A stretch of DNA of 63,328 nt, the filler included, from Deltaproteobacteria bacterium (GTDB lineage Bacteria; JAEEML01), in assembly GCA_016283195.1 (NCBI GenBank). It is 7 parts of 7 records of this genome, joined end to end, with 100 filler letters (N's around TTAATTAATTAA, not from the genome) between each part and the next. Parts side by side here need not be neighbours in the genome. Positions count along the whole stretch, not along the records: positions 10,855 to 20,695 come from JAEEML010000177.1; positions 20,796 to 41,192 come from JAEEML010000178.1; 5 more parts are not named here. One strand, 5' to 3'. The notes under the pieces are model-generated. The model made no database searches, had not been told where the DNA came from, and saw only the letters and a list, made by a program, of their open reading frames with translations. Positions 10,755 through 21,740 of this stretch are shown here, piece by piece; positions within the stretch are counted from its first letter, which is position 1, and each line of letters starts with the position of its first letter. The position numbers and the translations under genes are program-made.

Positions 10755-10854
10755 NNNNNNNNNNNNNNNNNNNNNNNNNNNNNNNNNNNNNNNNNNNNTT
10801 AATTAATTAANNNNNNNNNNNNNNNNNNNNNNNNNNNNNNNNNNNNNNNNNNNN
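10755..10854. other. Artificial contig spacer (also 20696-20795, 41193-41292, 45887-45986, 51880-51979, 57759-57858)
   Basis: 100-nt blocks of N surrounding TTAATTAATTAA, which gives stops in all six frames. Confidence 0.98.
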
Positions 10855-11562
10855 GATGAAGATCAAACCAAAGAGTGTTTGGCTAATCAATTTGGTGCTG
10901 AATGTAAGCCCTGCACCTGCCAGCACGGCACTTGTAAAGATGGCAAAGATGGCGATGGCGAGTGCTCCAAATGTGATAGTGGTATCTGGACTGGCAAAAA
11001 CTGTAATGAATGTACGAATAATAAATTAGGGGCAAACTGCGACATAGATACAGTGGTTATCAATGGGCAGACATGGACTAAGCGAAATATGGATGTCACT
11101 CGCGGAAATGACGGCAGCCAGCTGACATGTTATGTCAACGATTTTGCACCAGAGAGCGAACTTCCTGATTTTGTTAAAAATTATGGCTGTCTTTATATGT
11201 GGGCCGATGCCATGAAAGTTTGCCCCGCCGGCTGGCATTTGCCGAGCAAAGAAGAATTTGAGGCTCTTTTAACATATGTCGGTGGTGTTGGAACTACCAA
11301 AAGCAGTCAGAACTTGCGAGCCACCAGCTTCAGGAACGGTTCCGATACCTATGGTTTTGGAGCACTCGCCGCCGGCTTCTATACCTCCGGTTTTACCACT
11401 GACCAGTATTTCGGCTCAGTCGCCGAATTTTGGTCTGAAACAGAAGATGAAAAGAATAAAAACTGGGCATACCGTCTGACAGTGACGAACAATAATTTTG
11501 GTACGATTTTTGACACATATATGAAAGATTATGCCTATTCCGTCCGCTGCCTTAAGGACTAA
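10855..11562 (+). CDS. FISUMP (Fibrobacter succinogenes major paralogous) domain lipoprotein, 3' part; 5' part is at 41293-41629
   Basis: EGF-like Cys repeats, then INGQTW, YGCLYMW, VCPAGWHLPS, YSVRCLKD; first 79 nt equal the reverse complement of 41293-41371. Confidence 0.9.
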   Translation, partial: DEDQTKECLANQFGAECKPCTCQHGTCKDGKDGDGECSKCDSGIWTGKNCNECTNNKLGANCDIDTVVINGQTWTKRNMDVTRGNDGSQLTCYVNDFAPESELPDFVKNYGCLYMWADAMKVCPAGWHLPSKEEFEALLTYVGGVGTTKSSQNLRATSFRNGSDTYGFGALAAGFYTSGFTTDQYFGSVAEFWSETEDEKNKNWAYRLTVTNNNFGTIFDTYMKDYAYSVRCLKD

Positions 11563-11570
11563 CCCCCCGC

Positions 11571-12458
11571 CTAGCGGCTCAGAATCTTTTGGGCAATATT
11601 CTTAAATTCCTGAGAAGCTTTGGCCTCCGGGAAGAGCTCCACCAGCGGCTTACGCTGGCGGATAGCCTGCCACACTTCCGGCTCATAAGGGAGCCCGCCC
11701 AGATAACTGGTGGGAATACCGAAAAACTTCTTACAGGCCTTTTCGATGCCGGCGCCAATCTGCCCGTCTTCCGGGAGGCGCAGCTGATTTAAAACAATAT
11801 CCAGCGAAAAAAGGGCCAGTTCGGCCTCCAATAAAGCGCCGCCGGCCGGTTCTATTTGCTTAACCTGTTGCACCAAATCGGCCGGAGTACGCACGCCGCT
11901 GGCTGAAGCCATCACTTCGTCTATGGTATTTTTAAGGCCATAATTAAGCGAGCTGTTTTTCAGTTTTCTATAATAAGCCATTTTGATAAAACGATAAGCA
12001 TTTTCAATAGATGTAGCCTCGGGAATCATTACACAAATGCGGTGGCTGGCGAGCAAAAAGAAATCCAGCACATTAAAGCCGGTGCCGGCGCCGCAGTCGA
12101 TGATGATAATATCCATATCGAGGCGGGAGAGCTCACGAATTACTCTTAATTTTTGAGTATATTTGGGATTAGCCACGCCCACGTAATCAAGTGCGCCGCT
12201 GATGAGATAGAGCCCACCATAGGGTGTGGGGCTCAAAACTTCCTGGATAGTGGGCACTTTGTTAAAAATAAAATCACCGATGCCCAGTTTTGGCGGCTGC
12301 ATTCCCAAACAGGTATGCAAATTGGCGCCGCCCAAATCGGCATCCACCAGGACAACCCGCTGCCCGGATCTACTGAAAACAAGGGCCAAATTGGCTGCCA
12401 CCAGGCTTTTACCAATGCCGCCTTTGCCTCCGCCTATTGCGATAATTTTGCGTTTCAT
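11571..12458 (-). CDS. MinD/ParA-family (FlhG-like) P-loop ATPase
   Basis: Deviant Walker A GGKGGIGKS, VDADLGGANL, IIDCGAG, PEATSIENAY. Confidence 0.88.
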   Translation of the reverse strand: MKRKIIAIGGGKGGIGKSLVAANLALVFSRSGQRVVLVDADLGGANLHTCLGMQPPKLGIGDFIFNKVPTIQEVLSPTPYGGLYLISGALDYVGVANPKYTQKLRVIRELSRLDMDIIIIDCGAGTGFNVLDFFLLASHRICVMIPEATSIENAYRFIKMAYYRKLKNSSLNYGLKNTIDEVMASASGVRTPADLVQQVKQIEPAGGALLEAELALFSLDIVLNQLRLPEDGQIGAGIEKACKKFFGIPTSYLGGLPYEPEVWQAIRQRKPLVELFPEAKASQEFKNIAQKILSR

Positions 12459-12628
12459 GGCTCCACCACCAAAATACCATAGAAATTTATAACAGGGAAA
12501 AGTCATGCGGTAAAAAAAACGGTCATAAAAAAGCCATTTTTTTCATTTACTCCTTGCAGCTACTTGTTTCTTATGGCACAATGTCCCGGTCTAGTTGGCC
12601 TATGTTACGCTAATGGAAAGGAGCTAAC

Positions 12629-13954
12629 ATGAATCTGATATTTGAAAGCAGCAATATTCTGGCCGGAGCGGCAATCGGAGCCGATGATTCCGTAGGCGGG
12701 CAAGTTGCTACCGTCCTGGTGGGAGCTTTTGCCATATTAGTGGTTTTCAGCATTATTGTCGGCATTTTGAAATCATTTCTAAATATATGTAAAGCCAATG
12801 AAATTATAGTAGTTGAGGGTCGTTCTACCACCATGCCTGACGGCACCAAGGTCGGCTACCATGTAGCTACCGCCGGCCGCGTCTTCCGCTGGCCCATTTT
12901 GGAACAAATCAAAAGGATGGACACCAGCATTATTCCTATAGAGGTCAATGTGCGCGGTGCCTATTCCAAAGGCGGTATTCCTCTTAATATCTCGGCTATT
13001 GCCAATGTTAAAATTTCCACCAACCCCATGTATGTTCGCAATGCCGTAGAGCGTTTTTTAGGCAAAAGCCGCGAAGAAATTATGCACGTCGTCCGCGAAA
13101 ACCTGGAAGGTAACTTGCGCCAGGTTGTGGCCACCCTCACACCGGAAGAAGTCAACGAAGACCGCATCAAATTTGCCGACACCTTGCAAGACGAAGCCGA
13201 TGACGATCTTTTGAAATTAGGTGTCTGCCTGGACACTCTTTCTATTCAAACCGTTACCGATGATTCCAATTATTTGGATAATATCGGCCGTATGGCTCTG
13301 GCCGAAGTCCTGAAAAACGCCCAAAACGCCGAAAGCAGAAACCGCGAAGAGGCCGAAAAACGGGTCAAACAAGTCACCGGTATGGCCGAAGCCGAGCAAG
13401 AGCGCATTGACGGTGAAATATCTTCTCGCCAAAATGCTCTCCGTTCCATGAAAGCCGAGCTGGAACTCCAGGCCAGAACAGAAGAAGAAAATGCCGAAGC
13501 CGCTGCCCGCGAAGCTAAAGCCGTTTCCGAGCAGGAATTACAAGCCATAAGAGCCCAGCTTGAGGCTCTGCGCCTTAAAGCCGATGTGCAAATTCCGGCC
13601 GAAATGCAAAAACGGGCTGCAGAATTACAAGCTGTGGGTGCTGCTGCCAATATTGAAGAGACCGGTAAAGCTCTCGCCAAAGTTCTCGCTATGAATATCG
13701 ATATTTGGAAAGAAGCCGGCCAGGACGCTCGCGATATTTATCTCATTCAGCACCTGGAAGAAATTCTCTCCACCGTGGTAGCCGGTGTCAACAATATCAA
13801 AGTCCAGGAAGTAGCCCTGGTGGACAATGGCGACGGCCAGTCTCTCCCCTCTTATGTGGCCTCCTTCCCGGCTACGGTCAATAAGATTCTGGAAGAGATG
13901 AAAGTCTCCACAGGCATTGATATTATTGGCATTTTAAAAGGGCAAAAAGATTAA
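12629..13954 (+). CDS. Flotillin/SPFH domain protein 1
   Basis: N-terminal TM, AYSKGGIPL, AVERFLG, LEGNLR, C-terminal Ala/Glu-rich coiled coil. Confidence 0.9.
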   Translation: MNLIFESSNILAGAAIGADDSVGGQVATVLVGAFAILVVFSIIVGILKSFLNICKANEIIVVEGRSTTMPDGTKVGYHVATAGRVFRWPILEQIKRMDTSIIPIEVNVRGAYSKGGIPLNISAIANVKISTNPMYVRNAVERFLGKSREEIMHVVRENLEGNLRQVVATLTPEEVNEDRIKFADTLQDEADDDLLKLGVCLDTLSIQTVTDDSNYLDNIGRMALAEVLKNAQNAESRNREEAEKRVKQVTGMAEAEQERIDGEISSRQNALRSMKAELELQARTEEENAEAAAREAKAVSEQELQAIRAQLEALRLKADVQIPAEMQKRAAELQAVGAAANIEETGKALAKVLAMNIDIWKEAGQDARDIYLIQHLEEILSTVVAGVNNIKVQEVALVDNGDGQSLPSYVASFPATVNKILEEMKVSTGIDIIGILKGQKD

Positions 13955-13980
13955 TTTAGGAGCGCTAAAGGAGATTTATC

Positions 13981-15276
13981 ATGGGTAGTTTAATTACTGT
14001 AATCTTACTGGTAGCGGTTCTTTCCATCACCGCTATTGTCTTTATTTTCAAAAATCTCTACTATACCGGCAGTGCCAATGAAATCATGATCTTCACCGGC
14101 ACCCGCACCAAAAGCGCCGACGGCTCCGTTCACGGCTATCGCTTGATTAAAGGCGGCCGAGCCATCAGAAAGCCTATTTTGGAACGCATCGACCGCATTT
14201 CTCTCTCCAATATGTCCATTGACGTTACCGTACGCGGCGCCTATTCCAAGGGTGGTATTCCGCTAAATGTGGTAGGTGTAGCCAACGTCAAAGTGGCCGG
14301 CGAAGAGCCCTATATCCACCACGCCATTGAGCGCTTTTTGGGCAAAAGAATGGATGAAATCCGCGAAATCGCCCAAGAAACTCTGGAAGGTAACTTGCGC
14401 GGCGTTCTCGCCGAACTCACTCCGGAAGAAGTCAACCAGGACAAAACCCGTTTTGCCCAAAACTTAATGAAGCAAGCAGAGGAAGACCTCTTGAAACTCG
14501 GTTTGGAACTCGATAACCTAAAAATTCAAAACGTCACTGATGACAAAGGTTATCTGGACTCCATCGGGCGCATCAGCTCGGCCGATTTGCAAAAAAAGGC
14601 CATCATCGGCGAAGCCGAATCCAAAGCCGATGCCACTATTAAGGCCGCTCAAGCCAAACTCGGTATCGCCCTCTCGCAAGTAGAAAAAGAGATGAAGGTG
14701 GTAAAAGCCAATGCCGAAAAGCGCATTAAAGTGGCTCAAACCAATAAAATAGCTATGGTCAACGAAGTGCGTTCGGCCACCGGTACCGAAATGGCCAGAG
14801 CCAGAGCCGATCTCAACGTGCAACAGGCCCGTATTATCCAAGTGCAAAAAGAGCTGGAAGCCGACCTAATTCAACCGGCCATGGCCGCCTCGGAAGCCGC
14901 CATTCAAGATGCCAAAGCCAAAGCAGCCAAAATTATCGCCGACGGCCACGCTTCCGCCGAAGCTCTCCGCGAAGTCACCGCCACTTGGAAAGCCGCCGGC
15001 CCCTATGCCCGCGATGTCTTTTTGATGCCCAAATTGCAAGGGATTATTAACACCTTAGTGCTCAATACCATTGGCGATATAAATATCAGCAAAATTTCTA
15101 TGGTAAATGGCGGAGGTGCACAAATAGTGGCTCCGACAGCCGATGGAGATTCCAAGGCTGTAGCCACCGTACCGCCGCTGCCAACTAAATTGCATCAGTT
15201 CAATGAACAGATGAAAGCTACCATGGGCGTTGATGTTTCCAAAATTTTAGAGCGCACTGTGGGCAAAAAAGACTAA
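13981..15276 (+). CDS. Flotillin/SPFH domain protein 2
   Basis: Paralogue of the upstream gene sharing RGAYSKGGIPLN, ERFLGK, LEGNLR and LTPEEVN. Confidence 0.9.
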   Translation: MGSLITVILLVAVLSITAIVFIFKNLYYTGSANEIMIFTGTRTKSADGSVHGYRLIKGGRAIRKPILERIDRISLSNMSIDVTVRGAYSKGGIPLNVVGVANVKVAGEEPYIHHAIERFLGKRMDEIREIAQETLEGNLRGVLAELTPEEVNQDKTRFAQNLMKQAEEDLLKLGLELDNLKIQNVTDDKGYLDSIGRISSADLQKKAIIGEAESKADATIKAAQAKLGIALSQVEKEMKVVKANAEKRIKVAQTNKIAMVNEVRSATGTEMARARADLNVQQARIIQVQKELEADLIQPAMAASEAAIQDAKAKAAKIIADGHASAEALREVTATWKAAGPYARDVFLMPKLQGIINTLVLNTIGDINISKISMVNGGGAQIVAPTADGDSKAVATVPPLPTKLHQFNEQMKATMGVDVSKILERTVGKKD

Positions 15277-15374
15277 TTTTCTCTTTATAGCCAATTGCTA
15301 TTTCTCGCCAATTTCTATAGTGTGGCCATGCTGGCAGGTGTGTTTTTGGTGACACCCAGCTTCTGGAGAAGTAA

Positions 15375-17633
15375 ATGGATATAAAATCGTTAGAAATCGA
15401 GTTTGCCAAAAATCCAAAAAGTGAAGTATTTATTGATCTTTGCGAGGCTTACATAGCCGACAAGCGCTTTATGGAGGCACTGGTTGTCTGCAAAAAGGGC
15501 ATTAAAAATCTTCCTCCCGATGATCTGCGCGGCCGGCTTATGCTGGTTAAAATCTTTGAGGCGCAAGGCAAAAAACAAAAAGCCGATCAGGAAATGGCCC
15601 AGTTGCAAAAGGAATTTCCCGGCCATCCTATGCTAACCGGCGGACAAGCGGCCACCGCTCCGGCTGCGGCTCCGGCTGTGGCACCGGCTACCGCTCCTGG
15701 CGCCCCGGGAGCCAATCCTTTTAATCAGCCGAGCCCCTTTGCAGGAGCAGCCGGTGCAGCTCCTAGTGCCAATCCTTTTAATCAGCCGAGCCCCTTTGCA
15801 GGAGCAGCCGGTGCAGCTCCCGGTGCCAATCCTTTTGAACAGCCGAGCCCCTTTGCCGCTGCAGCTGGTGCCGCCCCCGGTGCCAATCCTTTTGAACAAA
15901 CCGGCGGCCTCTTTACGCAGCAATCGGCCGGCTCCACCTCTGATCCCAAATTGGAGCACGTTTCCGACTTCTTCAGCCAGGGCGCTCTGGGCTTTTCCAA
16001 TAACACCATCCCCGAGGGCATGACTGCCGGCAAAGGCCGCCTGACCATCGTCGGCTTTATTCCCACTCAGTCCACGAGCTTTAAGCGTACTATGATCATG
16101 CTGCTCGGTGTTATTGTGGTGGTAGCTGCTTTTATTACCTGGTTTACTATTGATGCCGGCAAACAAAAAGAGATTACCAAAATCTTCAAAGGCGTCAAAG
16201 AGCAGGTTGATCGCGACACTTATTATAATTACAAAGCCGCTCTTGAAGATGCCCAGCAAATCATGGCTATTGATGACGACCATCATAAAACACTTTGCAT
16301 CATGGCCTATAGTTACGCCGCTTTAGCTATGGACCACCATGTACCGGGCGCTCTCGAACAAGCCGAGAAATATGTGGAACTGGCCAAAAAATCGAGTAGC
16401 GAAAGCTATTCTTACGGTATTGCCGCCGAAGCTATGGTGCAGTACATGAAAGGCAATTACGACAAAGCCATCACCGATCTCGATGCCATCATCAAAGCCG
16501 GAGCCAAAGCCGATATCATCGACTTGGAACTTTTCCGCTTGCGTAGCAAAGCCCGCCCAACCGAAGACGATACTAAAAAGCTCCTCTCCAGCTTAAACCA
16601 ATCGGTGGGCAACGTGCGCATTTTCACTTTCCTCGCTGAATATTATTACAATATCGGCGACTTTACCAAATCCGGTTCCATGGCCGGCCAGGGCTTAAAC
16701 TCCAACAAAGAGCACCCGCGCGTGCAAGCCTATATCCAATTAAACCTCCTCCCCAATGAGTTTGACGCCACCGGCGAAATGGATAAAAACCTCGATAAAA
16801 TTGCCAAACTGGTTAGCGGCGAAAAGGGCTCCCAAGTCGATAAAGCCATAGTTGATATGGCCTTTGGTATGTATCACCTGAAATTCCTGCGCAACGAGGA
16901 GGCCGAGCCCTATTTTGCTAAAGTCAATCGCGACGACGTGCCCCTGCCCATTCTCTATATGCGCGCCAAAATGTTTAACGAAAACAAGCTCTTTGATAAA
17001 GCTCTCGAAGATATCAACTATGTGCTGAAAAAAGAGGATAAGCGGGCCGATTATCACTTGGTACTGGCCGAAGCTCTCATCGGCAAGGAAGATTACGAGG
17101 GCGCCGATAAAGCCATAGCCGTTGCTCAAAAGCTTGAAGCCGAAAACCCGCGCGCTGCTTATCTGGCCGCTTATGCGCTTGAACAGCAGGGCAAAAAACC
17201 GGAAGCTATCGAAGCTTACGGCAAAGTACCGAACAGCAACCCGGATATTTATATTGATGCCAGAAGCCGCGCTGCCCACCTAATGGTGGCCATGGGCAAG
17301 AAGAACGATGCTCTAAAGTATGTGGAAGATCTTTTGCATGCCGCTCCTCCGGGAAGTATGCAACCGCAACAAGCAAAAATGCTGGCTCTTTATGGCGAAA
17401 TGTTTGAAGCCACAGGCAAAAAAGATACCGCCATGGAAACCTACATCGAAGCTCGGGAGATGTTCCGCCATTACAGCTTAACCCACTATCTCATGTGCAA
17501 AATGGATAAGAGCGCTAAATCGGCTTGCAAAACCTACCTGCGCTTAACCCCGTGGGGCGAGCATCGCGTTGACGCTGCCAAGCGCGCCGGTTGTGATTTA
17601 AATAAACTGATGGAATGTTTTGCTGCGCCGTGA
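15375..17633 (+). CDS. Bitopic tetratricopeptide-repeat membrane protein with Pro/Ala-rich repeat linker
   Basis: N-terminal TPR-like helices, 19-aa repeats, one TM (MIMLLGVIVVVAAFITWF), many C-terminal TPR-like helices. Confidence 0.75.
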   Translation: MDIKSLEIEFAKNPKSEVFIDLCEAYIADKRFMEALVVCKKGIKNLPPDDLRGRLMLVKIFEAQGKKQKADQEMAQLQKEFPGHPMLTGGQAATAPAAAPAVAPATAPGAPGANPFNQPSPFAGAAGAAPSANPFNQPSPFAGAAGAAPGANPFEQPSPFAAAAGAAPGANPFEQTGGLFTQQSAGSTSDPKLEHVSDFFSQGALGFSNNTIPEGMTAGKGRLTIVGFIPTQSTSFKRTMIMLLGVIVVVAAFITWFTIDAGKQKEITKIFKGVKEQVDRDTYYNYKAALEDAQQIMAIDDDHHKTLCIMAYSYAALAMDHHVPGALEQAEKYVELAKKSSSESYSYGIAAEAMVQYMKGNYDKAITDLDAIIKAGAKADIIDLELFRLRSKARPTEDDTKKLLSSLNQSVGNVRIFTFLAEYYYNIGDFTKSGSMAGQGLNSNKEHPRVQAYIQLNLLPNEFDATGEMDKNLDKIAKLVSGEKGSQVDKAIVDMAFGMYHLKFLRNEEAEPYFAKVNRDDVPLPILYMRAKMFNENKLFDKALEDINYVLKKEDKRADYHLVLAEALIGKEDYEGADKAIAVAQKLEAENPRAAYLAAYALEQQGKKPEAIEAYGKVPNSNPDIYIDARSRAAHLMVAMGKKNDALKYVEDLLHAAPPGSMQPQQAKMLALYGEMFEATGKKDTAMETYIEAREMFRHYSLTHYLMCKMDKSAKSACKTYLRLTPWGEHRVDAAKRAGCDLNKLMECFAAP
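15708..15899 (+). repeat. 57-bp coding tandem repeat, about 3.4 copies
   Basis: Units start at 15708, 15765, 15822 and 15879 and encode (G/S)ANPF(N/E)QPSPFA(G/A)AAGAAP. Confidence 0.95.
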
Positions 17634-17722
17634 TCAATATTTTTTAGCAACTTTTTTTACACAATAAAAACTATATGCCACTATGGCCCTGTAAATTGCA
17701 ACTCTGGGAGGAGAGTTAAGCA

Positions 17723-18247
17723 ATGCGCCTTTTGTTTTTGGTTCTTTTGATTTTGTCTTGCCCGGCTACTCTTTTTGCCCAGTCAAAGCACCAGGAGGCC
17801 AACACCATTGCCGTTGACGACCCTTATATTTTTGCTCCGTCCTGGAGCCAAAAAGATGAAGACAAAATCATTAAAGCCTATATTGATGCGCTCAAAAAGG
17901 AACCGCGCCTTTTGTGGCATAGTCGCATTTTTATCTGGGACTTTATTGATAAAAGTGGCGAACTTATAGACACCGAGCACCTAAAAAAACGCCTTCTAGC
18001 GGAGCTCACCAAGGCCTTTCCGCAAAAGCGCTTCTTTTTCAAAGGCTATGGCTCGCTCATTATCCACGGTCAAATTGAAATGGATATGAAAGAAGTCGAT
18101 GGCTCAATTCATAAAAATTTTACCATTTGGTTAAAAGCCATCAACAGCGACATTCCCATGAAGCAAGTATGGTCTAAAAAAATAACATTTACCCATAGTT
18201 ATATTATTCCTGAATACCGCGTCGGTATCATTGAAGATGCCCGCTGA
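17723..18247 (+). CDS. Secreted hypothetical protein, possibly LpoB/CsgG-like fold
   Basis: Signal peptide and GGAGG RBS; fold guess is weak. Confidence 0.5.
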   Translation: MRLLFLVLLILSCPATLFAQSKHQEANTIAVDDPYIFAPSWSQKDEDKIIKAYIDALKKEPRLLWHSRIFIWDFIDKSGELIDTEHLKKRLLAELTKAFPQKRFFFKGYGSLIIHGQIEMDMKEVDGSIHKNFTIWLKAINSDIPMKQVWSKKITFTHSYIIPEYRVGIIEDAR

Positions 18248-18259
18248 AAAATTAAGAAA

Positions 18260-19846
18260 ATGAGTAAAGAACAAGATAGAGAAATCGCCAAAAGGCGCAC
18301 CTTTGGTATAATAAGCCACCCCGATGCCGGAAAAACCACCTTGACCGAAAAACTGCTTCTCTTTTCCGGCGCTATTCAGCTGGCCGGGGCTATTAAATCG
18401 CGCAAATCGGAGCGCCATGCCACCAGCGACTGGATGGCCATTGAGCAGGAGCGCGGTATTTCCGTCACCAGCTCGGTGATGAAGGTAGTTTATGGCGATT
18501 ATGAGATAAATCTTTTGGATACTCCCGGCCACATGGACTTTTCCGAAGATACTTACCGCGTTTTAACGGCTGTTGACAGCGCCATTATGGTGATTGACAG
18601 CGCCAAAGGCGTAGAAACGCAGACGCGCAAACTGATGGAAGTCTGCAGAATGCGCAATACGCCCATCATCACTTTTATCAATAAGCTGGATAGAGAGGGC
18701 AAAACGCCGCTCGAACTTTTGTCTGATATTGAAGATACGCTGCAAATCGAGTGCGCGCCCATGAGCTGGCCCATCGGCATGGGTAAGCTCTTTAAGGGCA
18801 CATATAACCTCTTTCGCCATGAGCTGAACCTCTTTACTCCCAGCCTTGACCATGTAACCAACGATATTGTGCACATTAGCGACCTTAATTCACCAGAGCT
18901 CGATAAGCACTTGGGCAGCCAAGCAGATGATCTTAGAGAAGATGTGGCTCTGCTTGAGGGCGCGGCTAACCCCTTTAATTTAGATGATTATTTAAAAGGG
19001 AGCCAGACGCCGGTCTTTTTTGGCAGTGCCTTAAATAACTTTGGCGTAAAGGAGCTCCTTGACACCTTTTGCGAAATAGCGCCCCCGCCGCAGCCGCGGC
19101 CCACGACAACGCGCCTGGTAGATCCGCACGAGGAGCAATTTAGCGGTTTTGTCTTTAAAATTCAGGCTAATATGGATCCGGCCCACCACGACCGCATTGC
19201 CTTTATGCGCGTCTGTTCCGGCCGTTTTTACCGCGGCATGAAAGCTAAGCACCACCGCCTGGGTAAAGAGGCCCTCTTTGCCAATCCTACCATCTTTATG
19301 GCGCAAGACCGCACTTTGGTGGAAGAGGCCTGGCCGGGCGATATTGTGGGTATTCATAATCACGGCTCCATTAAAATCGGCGATACCTTTAGCGATAAAG
19401 AGCCCTTAAAATTCACCGGTATTCCCAACTTTGCTCCGGAGCAGTTCAGAGTGGTGCGCTTAAAATCGCCGCTTAGAGCCAAGCAGCTGCAAAACGGCCT
19501 TATGCAGCTGGCCGAAGAGGGAGCAGTACAGGTTTTTAGGCCGCTAATCGGCAATGATTACATCTTGGGTGCGGTGGGTGTTCTCCAGTTTGAAGTAACG
19601 GTAGCGCGCCTCAAAAATGAATATAATGTGGATGCCACTTATGAGAGCACCTCTTTTGCCACCGCCCGCTGGGTGAGTGCCGATGATCCCAAAGATTTGG
19701 CCGAATTTAAAAAGGCCAACGAATCGGCGCTGGCTCACGATGCCGAGGGCGACCTCACCTACCTCTCCACCAGTGAGTGGCACCTGGGCTATATTATGAA
19801 AGAGTGGCCCAAAATTAAGTTTGCCAAAGTTAAAGAAAGAGAATAA
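18260..19846 (+). CDS. prfC: Peptide chain release factor 3
   Basis: [40 protein letters not shown] motifs. Confidence 0.98.
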   Translation: MSKEQDREIAKRRTFGIISHPDAGKTTLTEKLLLFSGAIQLAGAIKSRKSERHATSDWMAIEQERGISVTSSVMKVVYGDYEINLLDTPGHMDFSEDTYRVLTAVDSAIMVIDSAKGVETQTRKLMEVCRMRNTPIITFINKLDREGKTPLELLSDIEDTLQIECAPMSWPIGMGKLFKGTYNLFRHELNLFTPSLDHVTNDIVHISDLNSPELDKHLGSQADDLREDVALLEGAANPFNLDDYLKGSQTPVFFGSALNNFGVKELLDTFCEIAPPPQPRPTTTRLVDPHEEQFSGFVFKIQANMDPAHHDRIAFMRVCSGRFYRGMKAKHHRLGKEALFANPTIFMAQDRTLVEEAWPGDIVGIHNHGSIKIGDTFSDKEPLKFTGIPNFAPEQFRVVRLKSPLRAKQLQNGLMQLAEEGAVQVFRPLIGNDYILGAVGVLQFEVTVARLKNEYNVDATYESTSFATARWVSADDPKDLAEFKKANESALAHDAEGDLTYLSTSEWHLGYIMKEWPKIKFAKVKERE

Positions 19847-19965
19847 GCGCCTGACCTGACACTTCAAAAACCAATAAAAATAGTAGAATAGGCTACTATT
19901 TGATAAACCATTAAAACAGATGTATAATAGAATTAGGCTGCGTTAGCAGCTTGAAAGGAGCCAAT

Positions 19966-20695
19966 ATGCTATATAAATCTTTTAATCCTTACTATCTGCT
20001 TGGTAGTGCGGCCCTTTTAACATGCGCTCTCGGCGCTTTTGGCTGCAGCAGTAAGGTCATAGTCGGTGAAAACGGCCTGGATGCCCTAATAAGCATTACG
20101 GACGATACTTCTACCGATAACTGCGTAGCCGGCGGCCTCAAAATCGAAAACGGCCTGGACATTAATAAAAACGGTGTTCTCGATAAAGAAGAGATAGAGC
20201 CCGCTAATACCCGCTATCTTTGCAACGGCGTCAGCGGTGCAGCCGGCGAGCAGGGAACAAGCGGCCAGAATGTTCTGGTAAATACCGCTACCTTTGCTCC
20301 CGGCGACGAGGGCGAGAACTGCCTTATGGCCGGCGGCATCAAGATTGAAAGCGGCTTTGATACAAATAGCGACGGCGTCTTGGAAGCCGAAGAAATCATC
20401 GCCGAAAATACTATGTATATCTGCCACGGCAGCCAAGGTGAGCAGGGAAATTCCGGCACCAGTGCCAGTATTAAAACAACACCGGAGCCCATAGGCCCTA
20501 ACTGCGCAAACGGCGGCGTTATGGTGGAAATTCTCTTAAACGGCGAGGCTATGACCGATGAAACCACTTATATATGCAACGGCAATCAAGGCTTACAAGG
20601 CGAGCAGGGAATAGCCGGCCACAATATGCTGATAAAAACCACCCAGTTTGCCGCCGGAGCCGAGGGCAGTAATTGCAGTGAAGGCGGCGGCGTTA
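19966..20695 (+). CDS. Surface lipoprotein with repeated C-x-x-GG...Y(L/I)C(N/H)G modules and collagen-like linkers (DUF7151-like), 3' truncated
   Basis: Lipobox-like AFGC; repeated modules with D-x-N-x-(N/D)-G loops separated by GEQG triplets. Confidence 0.7.
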
Positions 20696-20795
20696 NNNNN
20701 NNNNNNNNNNNNNNNNNNNNNNNNNNNNNNNNNNNNNNNTTAATTAATTAANNNNNNNNNNNNNNNNNNNNNNNNNNNNNNNNNNNNNNNNNNNN

Positions 20796-21740
20796 CTCTC
20801 CCGGCTGGATAAAGCCCAAAAAGCGCCAAAGCTGGATTTGCCTCCCTGGCTGGCAGAGCGCCTTAGCACCTTGCTACCTTCATCTGAGCTGGCGGACTTG
20901 GCCGCTACTATAAATATTCCGGCACCGCTGGATTTAAGAATCAACACTCTGCTCATAAAGCCCGAAGCCGCCCGGGAAGAACTGACCAGAGAGGGCTTTT
21001 TGCCAACCCCAACACCACTATCTCCCTACGGCTTGCGCCTTTCCGGCAAGCGTTCCATAAGCAAACTGGCCATTTATCAGGAAGGTAAAATAGAAATTCA
21101 GGATGAAGGCAGCCAGCTTTTACCTCTGCTGCTAGAGGTAAATCGCCACGATGTAGCCATGGATTTTTGTGCCGGAGCTGGCGGCAAAACGCTCATGCTC
21201 GGTATGCTGATGAGCGGAAAGAGCCGCATATACGCCTGCGATGTGGACGAAAAGCGCCTCAGCCAGTTAAAGCTAAGAGCCGCCAGAGCCGGGCTCAGTA
21301 ATATTTATGTAACGCGCCTTAAAAATGAGGCCGATCCAATACTTAGCCGCTGGCAAGGCAAAATGGCCAAAGTACTGGTTGACGCGCCCTGTAGCGGCAC
21401 CGGCACTTTGCGCCGTAACCCCGATTTAAAGTGGCGCCGCCGGCCGGAAGATATTTCTGAGCTTTGCGCCAGGCAGGCCAGTATTTTGGAAGCAGCCAGC
21501 CGCCTGGTAAAGGCCAAAGGCCGCCTGGTTTATGCCACCTGCTCTCTTCTAACGGCAGAAAACGAAGATATAGTAAGTGCCTTTTTGGAAAAACATCGCG
21601 ATTTTTCCCTAATGCCGGCCGGCGAAGCATTGGCGCGGCAGGGCCTGAGTCTGCCTATAAAAGGCCCATATTTTAGGCTCTGGCCGCATATCCACCACAC
21701 CGACGGTTTTTTTGGTGCTATTTTGGTAAAAAATGGCTGA
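20796..21740 (+). CDS. RsmB/NOP family m5C RNA methyltransferase, 5' truncated
   Basis: IQDEGSQ, DFCAGAGGKT, VDAPCSGTG, YATCS and DGFF motifs. Confidence 0.92.
   Translation, partial: LSRLDKAQKAPKLDLPPWLAERLSTLLPSSELADLAATINIPAPLDLRINTLLIKPEAAREELTREGFLPTPTPLSPYGLRLSGKRSISKLAIYQEGKIEIQDEGSQLLPLLLEVNRHDVAMDFCAGAGGKTLMLGMLMSGKSRIYACDVDEKRLSQLKLRAARAGLSNIYVTRLKNEADPILSRWQGKMAKVLVDAPCSGTGTLRRNPDLKWRRRPEDISELCARQASILEAASRLVKAKGRLVYATCSLLTAENEDIVSAFLEKHRDFSLMPAGEALARQGLSLPIKGPYFRLWPHIHHTDGFFGAILVKNG

Noticed and set aside
10755-10854. TTAATTAATTAA repeated six times inside N runs
   Set aside because: Artificial contig linker; ORFs crossing it are artefacts and neighbours across it are not necessarily adjacent
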